This document shows positions 1 through 8,186 of a DNA stretch of 64,000 nt, piece after piece (within the stretch, counting starts at the first letter, position 1; each line of letters begins with the position of its first letter). The position numbers and the translations under genes are program-made. The notes below the pieces were generated by a model. It was not told the origin of the DNA. It saw nothing but the letters and a program-made list of their open reading frames with translations, and searched no databases. Source of the stretch: Bacteroidota bacterium (GTDB lineage: Bacteria > Bacteroidota > Bacteroidia > AKYH767-A > OLB10); contig JAFDWZ010000030.1 of assembly GCA_018268195.1 (NCBI GenBank), forward strand, positions 43,599 through 107,598. The letters are read 5' to 3'.

Positions 1-519
1 AAGGTGAATCTGCCTACCAAAGAAGAACTACGTCAGCAGGAACTTAACCCTGATAAGAATATTTACGAAGCAGGAACAGATATTGAAAAAGGCAATTCAG
101 AAAAAAATACATCTGAAACTCCGGAAACAACTGCTTCAGTTGAATCAACCGTAAGTGCTGCACCTGAAGAAAACACAAAAACACCTTTAGAAGTTAATGA
201 AATAAGACCTGAAACTTCTAACATAAAAAATGTAACTACTGCAGTTGCTCTTTCACATAACATAACAAGTGAAAAGGCCTATTATATTATCGGTGGATGT
301 TTTTCAGTGTATGAAAACGCACAAAATTTAAATTCAGAGTTGAAAAGTAAAGGGTACACATCGGCCATGCTGGGTAAAAACAAAAATGGTCTGGAAATGG
401 TGGCTATCGCCTATTTTTCTACTCTTGAAGAAGCCGAAACCGGAATTTCAAAAATCAAGAATGAAGGATATCCTGATGTGTGGATATACAAAGGCAACGC
501 TTCCCTGATTTCAAAATAA
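1..519 (+). CDS. SPOR domain protein, C-terminal part (ORF open to the window edge)
   Basis: The frame is open from base 1, so the GTG at 4 is probably internal. An acidic Pro/Thr/Ser/Glu linker is followed by a C-terminal module, YYIIGGCFSVYENAQNLNSELKSKGY...MVAIAYFSTLEEAE...GYPDVWIYK, typical of SPOR peptidoglycan-binding domains. Confidence 0.6.
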   Translation, partial: KVNLPTKEELRQQELNPDKNIYEAGTDIEKGNSEKNTSETPETTASVESTVSAAPEENTKTPLEVNEIRPETSNIKNVTTAVALSHNITSEKAYYIIGGCFSVYENAQNLNSELKSKGYTSAMLGKNKNGLEMVAIAYFSTLEEAETGISKIKNEGYPDVWIYKGNASLISK

Positions 520-669
520 TTTTCCCTTTTACCGATTTGCTTAAAGTGTGGGACTGGGTCGCCCCGCAACTCGCATACTTATTGGAAGACGAAAACTATT
601 GAAATGACAGAAATATTTTCCTGAAATACATGCTATCAGGTTATCAGAAACAGGCCTGATAAATTACAT

Positions 670-698
670 AAAAAAAACTCCTTTGCATAGCAAAGGAG
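670..698 (-). terminator. Rho-independent terminator of tRNA-Asp
   Basis: On the minus strand, a 9-bp stem CTCCTTTGC / GCAAAGGAG with a 3-nt loop is followed by T8. It lies 15 nt downstream of the tRNA 3' end. Confidence 0.8.
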
Positions 699-712
699 TT
701 TTCAATTATCAG

Positions 713-786
713 CGGTCTGGACGGGACTCGAACCCGCGACCCCATGCGTGACAGGCATGTATTCTAACCAACTGAACTACCAGACC
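713..786 (-). tRNA. tRNA-Asp (anticodon GTC), 74 nt, CCA not encoded
   Basis: Hand-folded cloverleaf: acceptor GGTCTGG/CCAGACC, D stem GTTC/GAAT, anticodon stem CATGC/GCATG with loop CTGTCAC, variable loop GGGTC, T stem GCGGG/CCCGT with loop TTCGAGT, discriminator G. Confidence 0.95.
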
Positions 787-802
787 TGCTTTTAACGAGG
801 CG

Positions 803-810
803 CAAAGATA
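803..810 (-). promoter_or_regulatory. Bacteroidota sigma-A -7 box (TATCTTTG) for tRNA-Asp
   Basis: Exact match to TAnnTTTG on the minus strand, 17 nt upstream of the mature tRNA 5' end. Confidence 0.45.
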
Positions 811-1077
811 TATTTTTTTTATTTACCAACGAAAAACTTAATTTTTTCCATAGGAATATTTTTATTTACATTTAACTACCTTCTTTCAGAGGGGGTTTAC
901 AGAGCAATTTTTCGGATATTCTACCAATGGCTATGCTATTGGCAGGGAATATTTGTTAAACAATCCCAAATTACAAATTTCAGAGTCCTTTAATAGTTTC
1001 AAATAACGTGCGCATAAGACTCTGCAATCAAAGCCAAACTGCCCTACCCCGGCTGACAAACCGAAGTCAATCCCTCA

Positions 1078-1920
1078 TCAGAGTGCATCCTGCTCATGTA
1101 TTACCAGCAGAGGGATTTTTGTATTAAATGACAATTTTTTGGAAATACTAGGCTTATAAACCTCTTTAAATATATTTCGATGCCGGGTGAACAATACCAG
1201 AGCATCTGCCTTATACTTTTTCAAAAAGAAATTAATTCCTTCCTGTATGGATGTGTCGGTACAGACATAACCTGATTGTTTTGGGTATTTCACTTTCTTA
1301 CGAACCAATGCAGTAATCTTTTTAATATCTACATCCTCACCTGCAAGTGTGGTTTTGTCAACATAGAGAAACAGCAACTCACTGTTAAATATTTTGGCCA
1401 GCGGGATAATAGTTTTTACCCTGTCAAGATTTTCATCTGTGAGGTCGGTAGCGTAAACCATTTTGCCTAAACCGGAGAATTTGGCACGTGGGGGAATAAG
1501 AAAAACCGGACAAGGAGCGCTTTTGATAACTCTGGCAGCATTACTTCCTATCAGAAGACGTTCGGCAGCGCCTGTTCCTGTTGTACCCATCACAATCAAA
1601 TCAGCTTTTTTTTCGGCTGCAACTTCGTTAATACGTGCTGAAGGCAATCCTTGCTGAAGCACCAACTCCACTTTGATTTCGTTGAATTTGTTGACAAACA
1701 TCTTTTCCTTAAATTTCCTGAGCTTTTCTGCTGCTGCATCGTGCAATATTTTAAAATCATATTGCATGGTAACAAATGTAATGTCAGAATACAGAATTGG
1801 AGTTTCGAAAGTGTGCAAAAGCAAAATCCGAGCGTTAAACTTCAATGCCATTTCGGCAGCATAGGCAACGGCATGTGCCGAGTTTTTTGAAAAATCAGTT
1901 GGACAAAGAATTGATTTCAT
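1078..1920 (-). CDS. Universal stress protein, tandem UspA domains
   Basis: 280 aa. It has two Usp-like halves: MKSILCPTDFSKNSAHAVAYAAEMA...LLHTFE and GKMVYATDLT...LLFLYV. It also has an ATP-binding-type G-rich motif, VMGTTGTGAAERLLIGSNAARV. Confidence 0.85.
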   Translation of the reverse strand: MKSILCPTDFSKNSAHAVAYAAEMALKFNARILLLHTFETPILYSDITFVTMQYDFKILHDAAAEKLRKFKEKMFVNKFNEIKVELVLQQGLPSARINEVAAEKKADLIVMGTTGTGAAERLLIGSNAARVIKSAPCPVFLIPPRAKFSGLGKMVYATDLTDENLDRVKTIIPLAKIFNSELLFLYVDKTTLAGEDVDIKKITALVRKKVKYPKQSGYVCTDTSIQEGINFFLKKYKADALVLFTRHRNIFKEVYKPSISKKLSFNTKIPLLVIHEQDAL

Positions 1921-1932
1921 ATCATTAAATTT

Positions 1933-2376
1933 TTATTTAAGGCAAAACAAATTATCAAGTGAGTAGATATCGGAAGCTGAAGGTACTATCAATAAGAAAA
2001 CAAGAAATAAAAACCTCGGAAAGAAATACTGCATATCCCACATAGCCCTGACCACACTGAAAGCAACGGCTGCTCCAATCAGATTTAAACCGAGAAGCAT
2101 CAAAGCATAAGAGGTAAATAATCCGGGTATCAATAATATTCCACATACAAATTCAATCCAGGAAGAAATAATAATAGAAGGTCTGATGAGAAATGCAGGA
2201 ATCCCCCGCTTAATCAAATCCGACTTGTAAACAGATTCAACCCCTGATATTTTAAACTTGAAGATTTTCTCGTAACCCTGAAATAAAAATAAAATTCCGA
2301 GCAACACTCTGACAAGTAACACAGCAAAAGATGATAAATTTAAGATATGACCCATCCTGTTTTTATTTTCATACAC
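1933..2376 (-). CDS. DoxX family membrane protein
   Basis: 147 aa with four predicted TM helices and the motif LLVRVLLGILFLFQGYEKIF. It lies 12 nt upstream of the usp gene on the same strand. An alternative start at Met8 (2355) is possible. Confidence 0.7.
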   Translation of the reverse strand: MYENKNRMGHILNLSSFAVLLVRVLLGILFLFQGYEKIFKFKISGVESVYKSDLIKRGIPAFLIRPSIIISSWIEFVCGILLIPGLFTSYALMLLGLNLIGAAVAFSVVRAMWDMQYFFPRFLFLVFLLIVPSASDIYSLDNLFCLK

Positions 2377-2473
2377 AAAGTAAACAAATTGGAATATATA
2401 AGGTTGTGACTTTCGTCAATTAACAAATCAGATCTTGCTCATTTTATATTCTCCGGCACAAAAAATAAAATAT

Positions 2474-2481
2474 TAGATTTG
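2474..2481 (+). promoter_or_regulatory. -7 box TAGATTTG upstream of the yitT-like gene
   Basis: Exact TAnnTTTG match, 16 nt upstream of the ATG at 2497. The TTG used as start by the ORF track (2479) is part of this box. Confidence 0.45.
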
Positions 2482-2496
2482 CAAAGCCCCCGCAAT

Positions 2497-3471
2497 ATGT
2501 TTGATTATATTATAGATAAAATTTTTCCTTTCAGACGCGACTCGAATGGCAACCGCAAAGGCCGTTCACGATATGTTGTTGCACATGACTATTTTCGATT
2601 TCGGATAGCCATCAGGCAAGCACTCATGTCGTTTATCTTTATAGCATTGGGTGTGTTGTCGGCAGGATTTGGGTTACGCGGATTTTTATTACCCAATAAA
2701 TTTATAGACGGAGGAGTTACAGGAATATCGCTGCTTGTAAGTTTAAAAACAGCAATTGATGTTTCAATCCTGATTGTGGTAATAAATATCCCGTTTCTGA
2801 TTCTTGCTTACAGGCAAATAGATTTTAAATTTTTTATCAAGAGTATCATTGCCATTATCTGTTTAGCTTTGGCGGTACACTACATTCCATACCCAACAGT
2901 CACCAATGACAAACTTCTGGTTTCCATTTTTGGCGGATTTTTTCTTGGAATGGGAATTGGATTTGCAATAAGAGGAGGTTCGGTGCTTGATGGCACAGAG
3001 GTGCTGGCGATTTACATTGGACGTAAGTCAGGATTATCTATTGGTGAAATTATTTTCGCTTTCAATATTATAATTTTCAGTTTTGCAGCTCTTCTTACCA
3101 CTATTGAGGTGGCCTTATATTCTGTGCTTATTTACATGGCTGCTTCGCGCACTGTTGACTTTATTGTTGAGGGGGTGGAGGAATATACCGGTGTAACAAT
3201 TATCTCGTCACACAGTGAAGAAATCAGGAGGCTCATAACCGAAAAACTCAATATGGGTGTTACTATTTACAGTGGCAAACGTGGTTATGGCAAGAATGGT
3301 CATAATCTTTCTGAGATTGAAATACTTTACACGGTTATTACTCGTCTTGAAGTAAACAAACTCAAAGTAGAAATTGAACACATAGACCCACATGCTTTTA
3401 TCATTATGAATACAGTAAGAGATACCAAAGGTGGAATGATAAAAAAGCGTACCGTAAAAGATTTTAAATAA
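2497..3471 (+). CDS. YitT family membrane protein (DUF2179 C-terminal domain)
   Basis: Multi-TM N-terminal part with GGVTGISLL and GGSVLDGTEVLAIY motifs. The soluble C-terminal domain, VTIISSHSEEIRRLITEKLNMGVTIYSGKRGY...AFIIMNTVRDTKGG, is typical of YitT/DUF2179. The start is moved to the first ATG (ORF track 2479). Confidence 0.8.
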   Translation: MFDYIIDKIFPFRRDSNGNRKGRSRYVVAHDYFRFRIAIRQALMSFIFIALGVLSAGFGLRGFLLPNKFIDGGVTGISLLVSLKTAIDVSILIVVINIPFLILAYRQIDFKFFIKSIIAIICLALAVHYIPYPTVTNDKLLVSIFGGFFLGMGIGFAIRGGSVLDGTEVLAIYIGRKSGLSIGEIIFAFNIIIFSFAALLTTIEVALYSVLIYMAASRTVDFIVEGVEEYTGVTIISSHSEEIRRLITEKLNMGVTIYSGKRGYGKNGHNLSEIEILYTVITRLEVNKLKVEIEHIDPHAFIIMNTVRDTKGGMIKKRTVKDFK

Positions 3472-3474
3472 AAA

Positions 3475-3503
3475 AAGAGGCATCCGGTTCAGGAATGCCT
3501 CTT
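3475..3503. terminator. Bidirectional rho-independent terminator between convergent yitT-like and skp genes
   Basis: 9-bp stem AAGAGGCAT / ATGCCTCTT with an 11-nt loop, flanked by an A-run on one side. Confidence 0.6.
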
Positions 3504-3522
3504 GGGTCTTAATCAATCCGTA

Positions 3523-4032
3523 TTATTTCAACTTCAGTTTATCTTTTACCAATGACATGATATCGTCAGAATCGTTGCTATAAAGTAATACTCCAACACT
3601 TGAATCGAACACGTAGGTATAACCTTTGTCCTTAGCCACAGCTTTAATTGCTTCTTCGGCTTTCTTAATGATGGGAGAATAAACTTCTTCTTTTTTCTTC
3701 TGAACAGAAGCTTGTGCTGATTCCTGGAAGTCCTGGATACGATCTCCTAAATCATGTATTTCTTTTTCTTTGGCTTTACGAATTGGATCGGCCATAGAAG
3801 CGGACTTTTCCTGATAATCGGCAATTTTCGAATCGTATTCAGCAGACATAGTTTTCATCTGATTCTGAAGAGTTTCTCCAAATTTTTGCAAAGTGCTGTC
3901 TGCAACCTTGGTTTCTGGCATCATACTCAACAATTGTGTGGAGTTGATATGTCCCAACTTTACCTGAGCATTTACTACCATCGAACTGCATACCAACAAG
4001 CCTGCGAATAATAATTTAACTGGTTTTGTCAT
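3523..4032 (-). CDS. skp: OmpH/Skp family periplasmic chaperone
   Basis: 169 aa with a signal peptide, MTKPVKLLFAGLLVCSSMVVNAQ, and a coiled-coil-rich Lys/Glu/Gln body. It ends in YTYVFDSS...LLY as in OmpH. It lies downstream of bamA. Confidence 0.85.
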   Translation of the reverse strand: MTKPVKLLFAGLLVCSSMVVNAQVKLGHINSTQLLSMMPETKVADSTLQKFGETLQNQMKTMSAEYDSKIADYQEKSASMADPIRKAKEKEIHDLGDRIQDFQESAQASVQKKKEEVYSPIIKKAEEAIKAVAKDKGYTYVFDSSVGVLLYSNDSDDIMSLVKDKLKLK

Positions 4033-4065
4033 GATTAACTTTTATGATTTTAATTAATATTTATA

Positions 4066-4686
4066 TTATTTTGAATCAGGTGATTTATGTGGAGCATCAT
4101 TTGGGTTACCTCCTGTTTTGTTTCCACTTCCGGCTCCGCTACCACTTCCACCTCCAACTACATCTGTAACCTTGGCTTTATATCCCATTGATTTCAATAT
4201 TTCATCACTCTTATCATACTTGGGATTGGTGTAAAGCATGATTAAATCGCTTGATTTATCGAATATCACTGCATAGCTCTGATCAACAGCCATTTTTTTC
4301 ACTGCATTATAAATTTTATCCTGTATTGGTTTTACGAGTTCTTGTTTCTTCTTAAACAAATCTCCCTCGTAACCGAATTTAGACTTCTGAAATTCCTTTA
4401 CTTCTTTTTCTTTGGCAGTTATTTCAGCTTCGCGTTTGCGTTTCATATCCTCGGTAAGGAGTATTTGCTCTGCCTGATAATCTTTATACAATTTATCAAT
4501 GGCGGCATATTTGGTTTCAATCTCTTTCTGCCAGTTAACTGATGTCTGATCTAATTGTTGCATGGCAGCCTTATATTCCGGAATGTTTTCCAAAATATAC
4601 TCGGTGTTCACATAAGCATATTTCTGTGCTGCGGCAGATAAAACTGTGCCGGCAAATAATGCTAAAACAAGAATGGTCTTTTTCAT
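4066..4686 (-). CDS. OmpH/Skp family periplasmic chaperone (second paralog) with Gly/Ser-rich tail
   Basis: Signal peptide MKKTILVLALFAGTVLSAAAQ, OmpH-like coiled coil and the motif YAVIFDKSSDLIMLY. The start is placed at the Met carrying the signal peptide (ORF track 4749). Confidence 0.8.
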   Translation of the reverse strand: MKKTILVLALFAGTVLSAAAQKYAYVNTEYILENIPEYKAAMQQLDQTSVNWQKEIETKYAAIDKLYKDYQAEQILLTEDMKRKREAEITAKEKEVKEFQKSKFGYEGDLFKKKQELVKPIQDKIYNAVKKMAVDQSYAVIFDKSSDLIMLYTNPKYDKSDEILKSMGYKAKVTDVVGGGSGSGAGSGNKTGGNPNDAPHKSPDSK

Positions 4687-4709
4687 ATTACTCTTATTTT
4701 TAAAGTTTG

Positions 4710-4717
4710 CAAAGATA
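4710..4717 (-). promoter_or_regulatory. -7 box TATCTTTG upstream of the skp paralogs
   Basis: Exact TAnnTTTG match on the minus strand, 24 nt upstream of the ATG at 4686. This supports the shorter start. Confidence 0.4.
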
Positions 4718-4792
4718 TAATTTTCGCTTAATGTATCACTAAATACCATACCAATAAATCAGGAAGCAGTGAACAACGGGTGAATGCCTGAA

Positions 4793-7291
4793 TTAGAATT
4801 GCTGTCCAATGACAAAGGAGAAACGCCCTATACCGGTACGTGCATCATCAGGCTGAGGGTCGAGTCGCCAGCCGTAATCCAGGCCAAGTAATCCAAACAT
4901 TGGAAGGAATACACGCAAACCTACTCCGGTAGAGCGTTTCACGCTGAAAGGAGCAAATTCGCGGAATGTACTCCAGGTATTTCCACCTTCAAAAAATCCG
5001 AGTACATAAATTGTAGCACTTGGGTTCAATGATACAGGATAACGTAATTCGGTAACAAATTTATCGAAGATGGTTCCTCCAACTGTATTTCCGAGATTAT
5101 CGGTTGGTGTAAGCGCATAGTTCTCATAACCACGTAAAGCAATAATTTCGCGTCCATCAAGTGCATAACCTGACAAGCCATCTCCTCCAAGATAGAAACG
5201 CTCAAAAGGTGATTGACCAATACTTCTGTTATAAAATCCGAGAAAACCGAACTGTAGTTTGTTATACATTACCAGATTACCCATCAGTTTGGTGTACCAG
5301 CCTACACTGTATTTCCATTTGTGATATTCAATCCATTTGTATTTTTCCTTAGAATCAAGATTGGAATAATCTTTATTGCTGAATGCAGAATAAGGCGGTG
5401 TGAGTTGTAACGAGAAACTGATTTCGGAGCCTTTACGCGGATAAATGGGTTGATCCACACTGCTTCGTGTGAGATTTAACTCAAATGAAATATTGTTGGA
5501 TGTTCCATCCGTGAAAAGAAATGTTGACTTGTAGTTCTTGAGAGTATAAAGTTGATAATTCAATCCGGTATAGAGCATAAAGTAATCATCAGGCCATTTA
5601 AGTCTTCGTTGCAACCCGACAGTAGCACCGGAAATAGTAATTGCCTGACGGTTATCATTACTTTTCTTGAGGCCATTGGTTTGCAATGAATGATAAAGTG
5701 AAACCGTAAGCGCATTGGGTTTTTTGCCTCCAAGCCAAGGCTCGGTAAATGAAGCATTGTACGACTGATAATAAATTCCGTTAGTGGTTGCTCTGACGCT
5801 CAAACGTTGTCCGTCACCTGCAGGAAGTGGTCGCCACGCCTTGCCATTAAAAATATTTCGTGCTGAGAAATTATTAAATGTCACACCCAAAGTTCCAACT
5901 ATCTGATTGGCTCCCCAGCCTCCTGAAAGTTCCACCTGATCATTAGGGCGCTCTTCCACTTCATACTCAATGTCCACAGTACCATTTACCGGATTAGGCT
6001 TAGGGTTGACACCCATTTTTTCAGGGTTGAAATAACCTAATTGCGACAATTCGCGCTGCGTTCTGATGATATCGCTCCTACTGAAAAGTTCTCCGGGCTT
6101 GGTACGTATTTCACGCATAATTACGCGGTCGTTGGTTTTGGTATTACCTTTAACAGTAACATGGTTTATACGTGCCTGCTTACCCTCATAAATTCTCATT
6201 TCGAGGTCAATAGAATCATTTTCTGCTGATACCTCTACCGGATCTATATTGAAGAACAGATATCCGTCATCCATATAGAGCGAAGTAATATCGCGGCTGC
6301 TCTCGCTCATATACAAAGCGCTTTCCAGTCGCTTTGCATTATACACATCGCCAGTTTTAATGCCCAATACTTTACTCAATTCTGCTGAGGTATATTTGGT
6401 ATTACCAAGCCAGGTGATATTACGGAAATAATAGCGATCGCCTTCATCTACTTTAATGTCAATATCAATTTTTCGTTTGTTGTAAGCATATACCGAATCG
6501 GAAATAATACGTGCATCACGAAAACCCTTTTCATTATACTTTGAAATTAAGCTGATTTTATCTTCAGCATATTTATCATCATCATATTTCTTTGAGTTGA
6601 AAAAGTATAGCAGGGTGTTTTCACGCGTACCTTTCATGGCTCGCTTAAGTTTAGCTGCTGACACTTCCTTATTGCCTATAATGTGAATACGGTGTATTTT
6701 AATGCGTTTACCTTTATTGACATTAATGAACAGAATTTCACTGTTCACTTCATTGCTATCGCGTTCAGCCTTCAGATTTACCTGAGCATTTAAGAATCCC
6801 TTTTCTCTGTAAAATGCAAGCACATCAGATTTTACACCCTGCAGTGCATTGTCAGAAAGCACTTTCCCTTTTGTGATGTGCATTTTTTCGCGCAGCTTGT
6901 CAGCATGGCCCTTGCGCACGCCATTGAAAGCAAATTTGCTGAGTCGCGGTTTTTCCTGTAATTGCAAATCAAGAAAAATCAGATTGCCTTGAATTTTGGT
7001 TGCTACGATTTTGACATCCGTGAGCAGGCCTTGCTTCCATAAGTTTTCTATTGCCTTTGAAAATTTCTCACCCGGAACTTTCACCTTATCCCCAACACTT
7101 AGTCCGGATAAAATTTTGAGAGCGTTTTTGTCAAGATACTGCACACCGCTTACAGTGATGGCACCAATTTCATATTCTTTGGGTGAACCGTAATCAACAT
7201 GCACGGAGTCGTCACCGATGGAAATCTGTGCTGTTGCAGATTTCAGAAGGAAAATAATAAAAAGAAAAAAGAGTGCAATTTTTTTATGCAT
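4793..7291 (-). CDS. bamA: Outer membrane protein assembly factor BamA
   Basis: 832 aa with a signal peptide and five POTRA-like modules (e.g. IGAITVSGVQYLDKNALKILSGLSVGD, IHRIHIIGNKEVSAAKLKRAMK). The C-terminal Omp85 barrel ends in FSFVIGQQF. It sits in conserved uppS-bamA-skp synteny. Confidence 0.95.
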   Translation of the reverse strand: MHKKIALFFLFIIFLLKSATAQISIGDDSVHVDYGSPKEYEIGAITVSGVQYLDKNALKILSGLSVGDKVKVPGEKFSKAIENLWKQGLLTDVKIVATKIQGNLIFLDLQLQEKPRLSKFAFNGVRKGHADKLREKMHITKGKVLSDNALQGVKSDVLAFYREKGFLNAQVNLKAERDSNEVNSEILFINVNKGKRIKIHRIHIIGNKEVSAAKLKRAMKGTRENTLLYFFNSKKYDDDKYAEDKISLISKYNEKGFRDARIISDSVYAYNKRKIDIDIKVDEGDRYYFRNITWLGNTKYTSAELSKVLGIKTGDVYNAKRLESALYMSESSRDITSLYMDDGYLFFNIDPVEVSAENDSIDLEMRIYEGKQARINHVTVKGNTKTNDRVIMREIRTKPGELFSRSDIIRTQRELSQLGYFNPEKMGVNPKPNPVNGTVDIEYEVEERPNDQVELSGGWGANQIVGTLGVTFNNFSARNIFNGKAWRPLPAGDGQRLSVRATTNGIYYQSYNASFTEPWLGGKKPNALTVSLYHSLQTNGLKKSNDNRQAITISGATVGLQRRLKWPDDYFMLYTGLNYQLYTLKNYKSTFLFTDGTSNNISFELNLTRSSVDQPIYPRKGSEISFSLQLTPPYSAFSNKDYSNLDSKEKYKWIEYHKWKYSVGWYTKLMGNLVMYNKLQFGFLGFYNRSIGQSPFERFYLGGDGLSGYALDGREIIALRGYENYALTPTDNLGNTVGGTIFDKFVTELRYPVSLNPSATIYVLGFFEGGNTWSTFREFAPFSVKRSTGVGLRVFLPMFGLLGLDYGWRLDPQPDDARTGIGRFSFVIGQQF

Positions 7292-8036
7292 GTCCGGTTG
7301 CTGTTGATTCGTTTACACCGCCAAATCTGCGATCGCGGTTCTGATAATTTACAATGGCTTCGTAGAGGTCTTCACGTCTGAAATCAGGCCATAATTTTTG
7401 GGTAAAATAAAACTCGCTGTAGGCTATTTGCCAGAGGAGGAAATTACTAATGCGGTATTCGCCACTGGTACGAATGAGGAGTTCGGGGTCAGGAATACCG
7501 GCAGTAGAGAGATATTTTTCAATGAGGCTGTCGTTAATGCTTTCAGGAGTAATATTTCCTGCAGCAACTTCGGCAGCTATGCGTTTCGTTGCGTGGGTAA
7601 TTTCCCATCGCGAACTATAGCTCAGCGCCAGTGAAAGTGTCATGCGTGTGTTGGCTTCTGTTTTATGAATAGCTTCCTGAAGGTTTTTATAACACCTACC
7701 GGGCAAGCTTTCCAAATCACCAATTGCATTCAGGCGGATATTATTTTCCATAAGGGTTTTTGTTTCCTTATGAATGGTATTGATGAGCAACTCCATAAGA
7801 GCGTTGACCTCTAATTTTGGGCGGCTCCAGTTTTCGGTGCTAAAGGCATAGAGCGTCATGAACTGAATACCCAACTCGGCACCTGCTTCTACTGTATCGC
7901 GCACTGCAGCAACTCCATTCTGATGGCCAAAAACTCTGAGTTTGCCTTGCTTTTTAGCCCAACGTCCGTTACCATCCATGATGATGGCAATATGACGCGG
8001 TAAGCGGCCTGTATCTATTTGCTCTTTAAAACTCAT
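7284..8036 (-). CDS. uppS: Isoprenyl transferase (undecaprenyl-diphosphate synthase)
   Basis: Carries the canonical motifs PRHIAIIMDGNGRWA, TLYAFSTENWSRP and IRTSGEYRISNFLLWQIAYSEFYF. It overlaps the bamA start by 8 nt. Confidence 0.95.
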   Translation of the reverse strand: MSFKEQIDTGRLPRHIAIIMDGNGRWAKKQGKLRVFGHQNGVAAVRDTVEAGAELGIQFMTLYAFSTENWSRPKLEVNALMELLINTIHKETKTLMENNIRLNAIGDLESLPGRCYKNLQEAIHKTEANTRMTLSLALSYSSRWEITHATKRIAAEVAAGNITPESINDSLIEKYLSTAGIPDPELLIRTSGEYRISNFLLWQIAYSEFYFTQKLWPDFRREDLYEAIVNYQNRDRRFGGVNESTATGHA

Positions 8037-8054
8037 TTACCTGAAACGAAGGCG

Positions 8055-8062
8055 CAAATTTA
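8055..8062 (-). promoter_or_regulatory. -7 box TAAATTTG upstream of uppS
   Basis: Exact TAnnTTTG match, 19 nt upstream of the ATG at 8036. The extended word CTAAATTTGCG is identical to the one upstream of dnaX. Confidence 0.45.
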
Positions 8063-8186
8063 GAATTTTACACGAACTCCTAAACGTGCTTCTTCAGAAC
8101 AAATTATATCCATTCTTTACTCATGGAATATTCAGAGGAGCTTAAATTCCTCCACCCCTCTGAATTTAACTCATAAGAACTTCTTT

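Noticed and set aside
520-1077. tRNA-Asp considered as a possible integration hotspot, with about 290 bp of non-coding DNA beside it.
   Set aside because: There is no integrase, no duplicated tRNA 3' segment and no direct repeats that I could see. The flanking genes (SPOR protein, usp, doxX) look like ordinary chromosomal genes. The tRNA has its own promoter box and terminator.
7284-7291. An 8-nt overlap between the uppS stop and the bamA start. The uppS-bamA-skp cluster also lacks cdsA and rseP.
   Set aside because: Short overlaps indicate ordinary translational coupling. This gene order is a common Bacteroidota variant of a conserved envelope cluster. Nothing anomalous.
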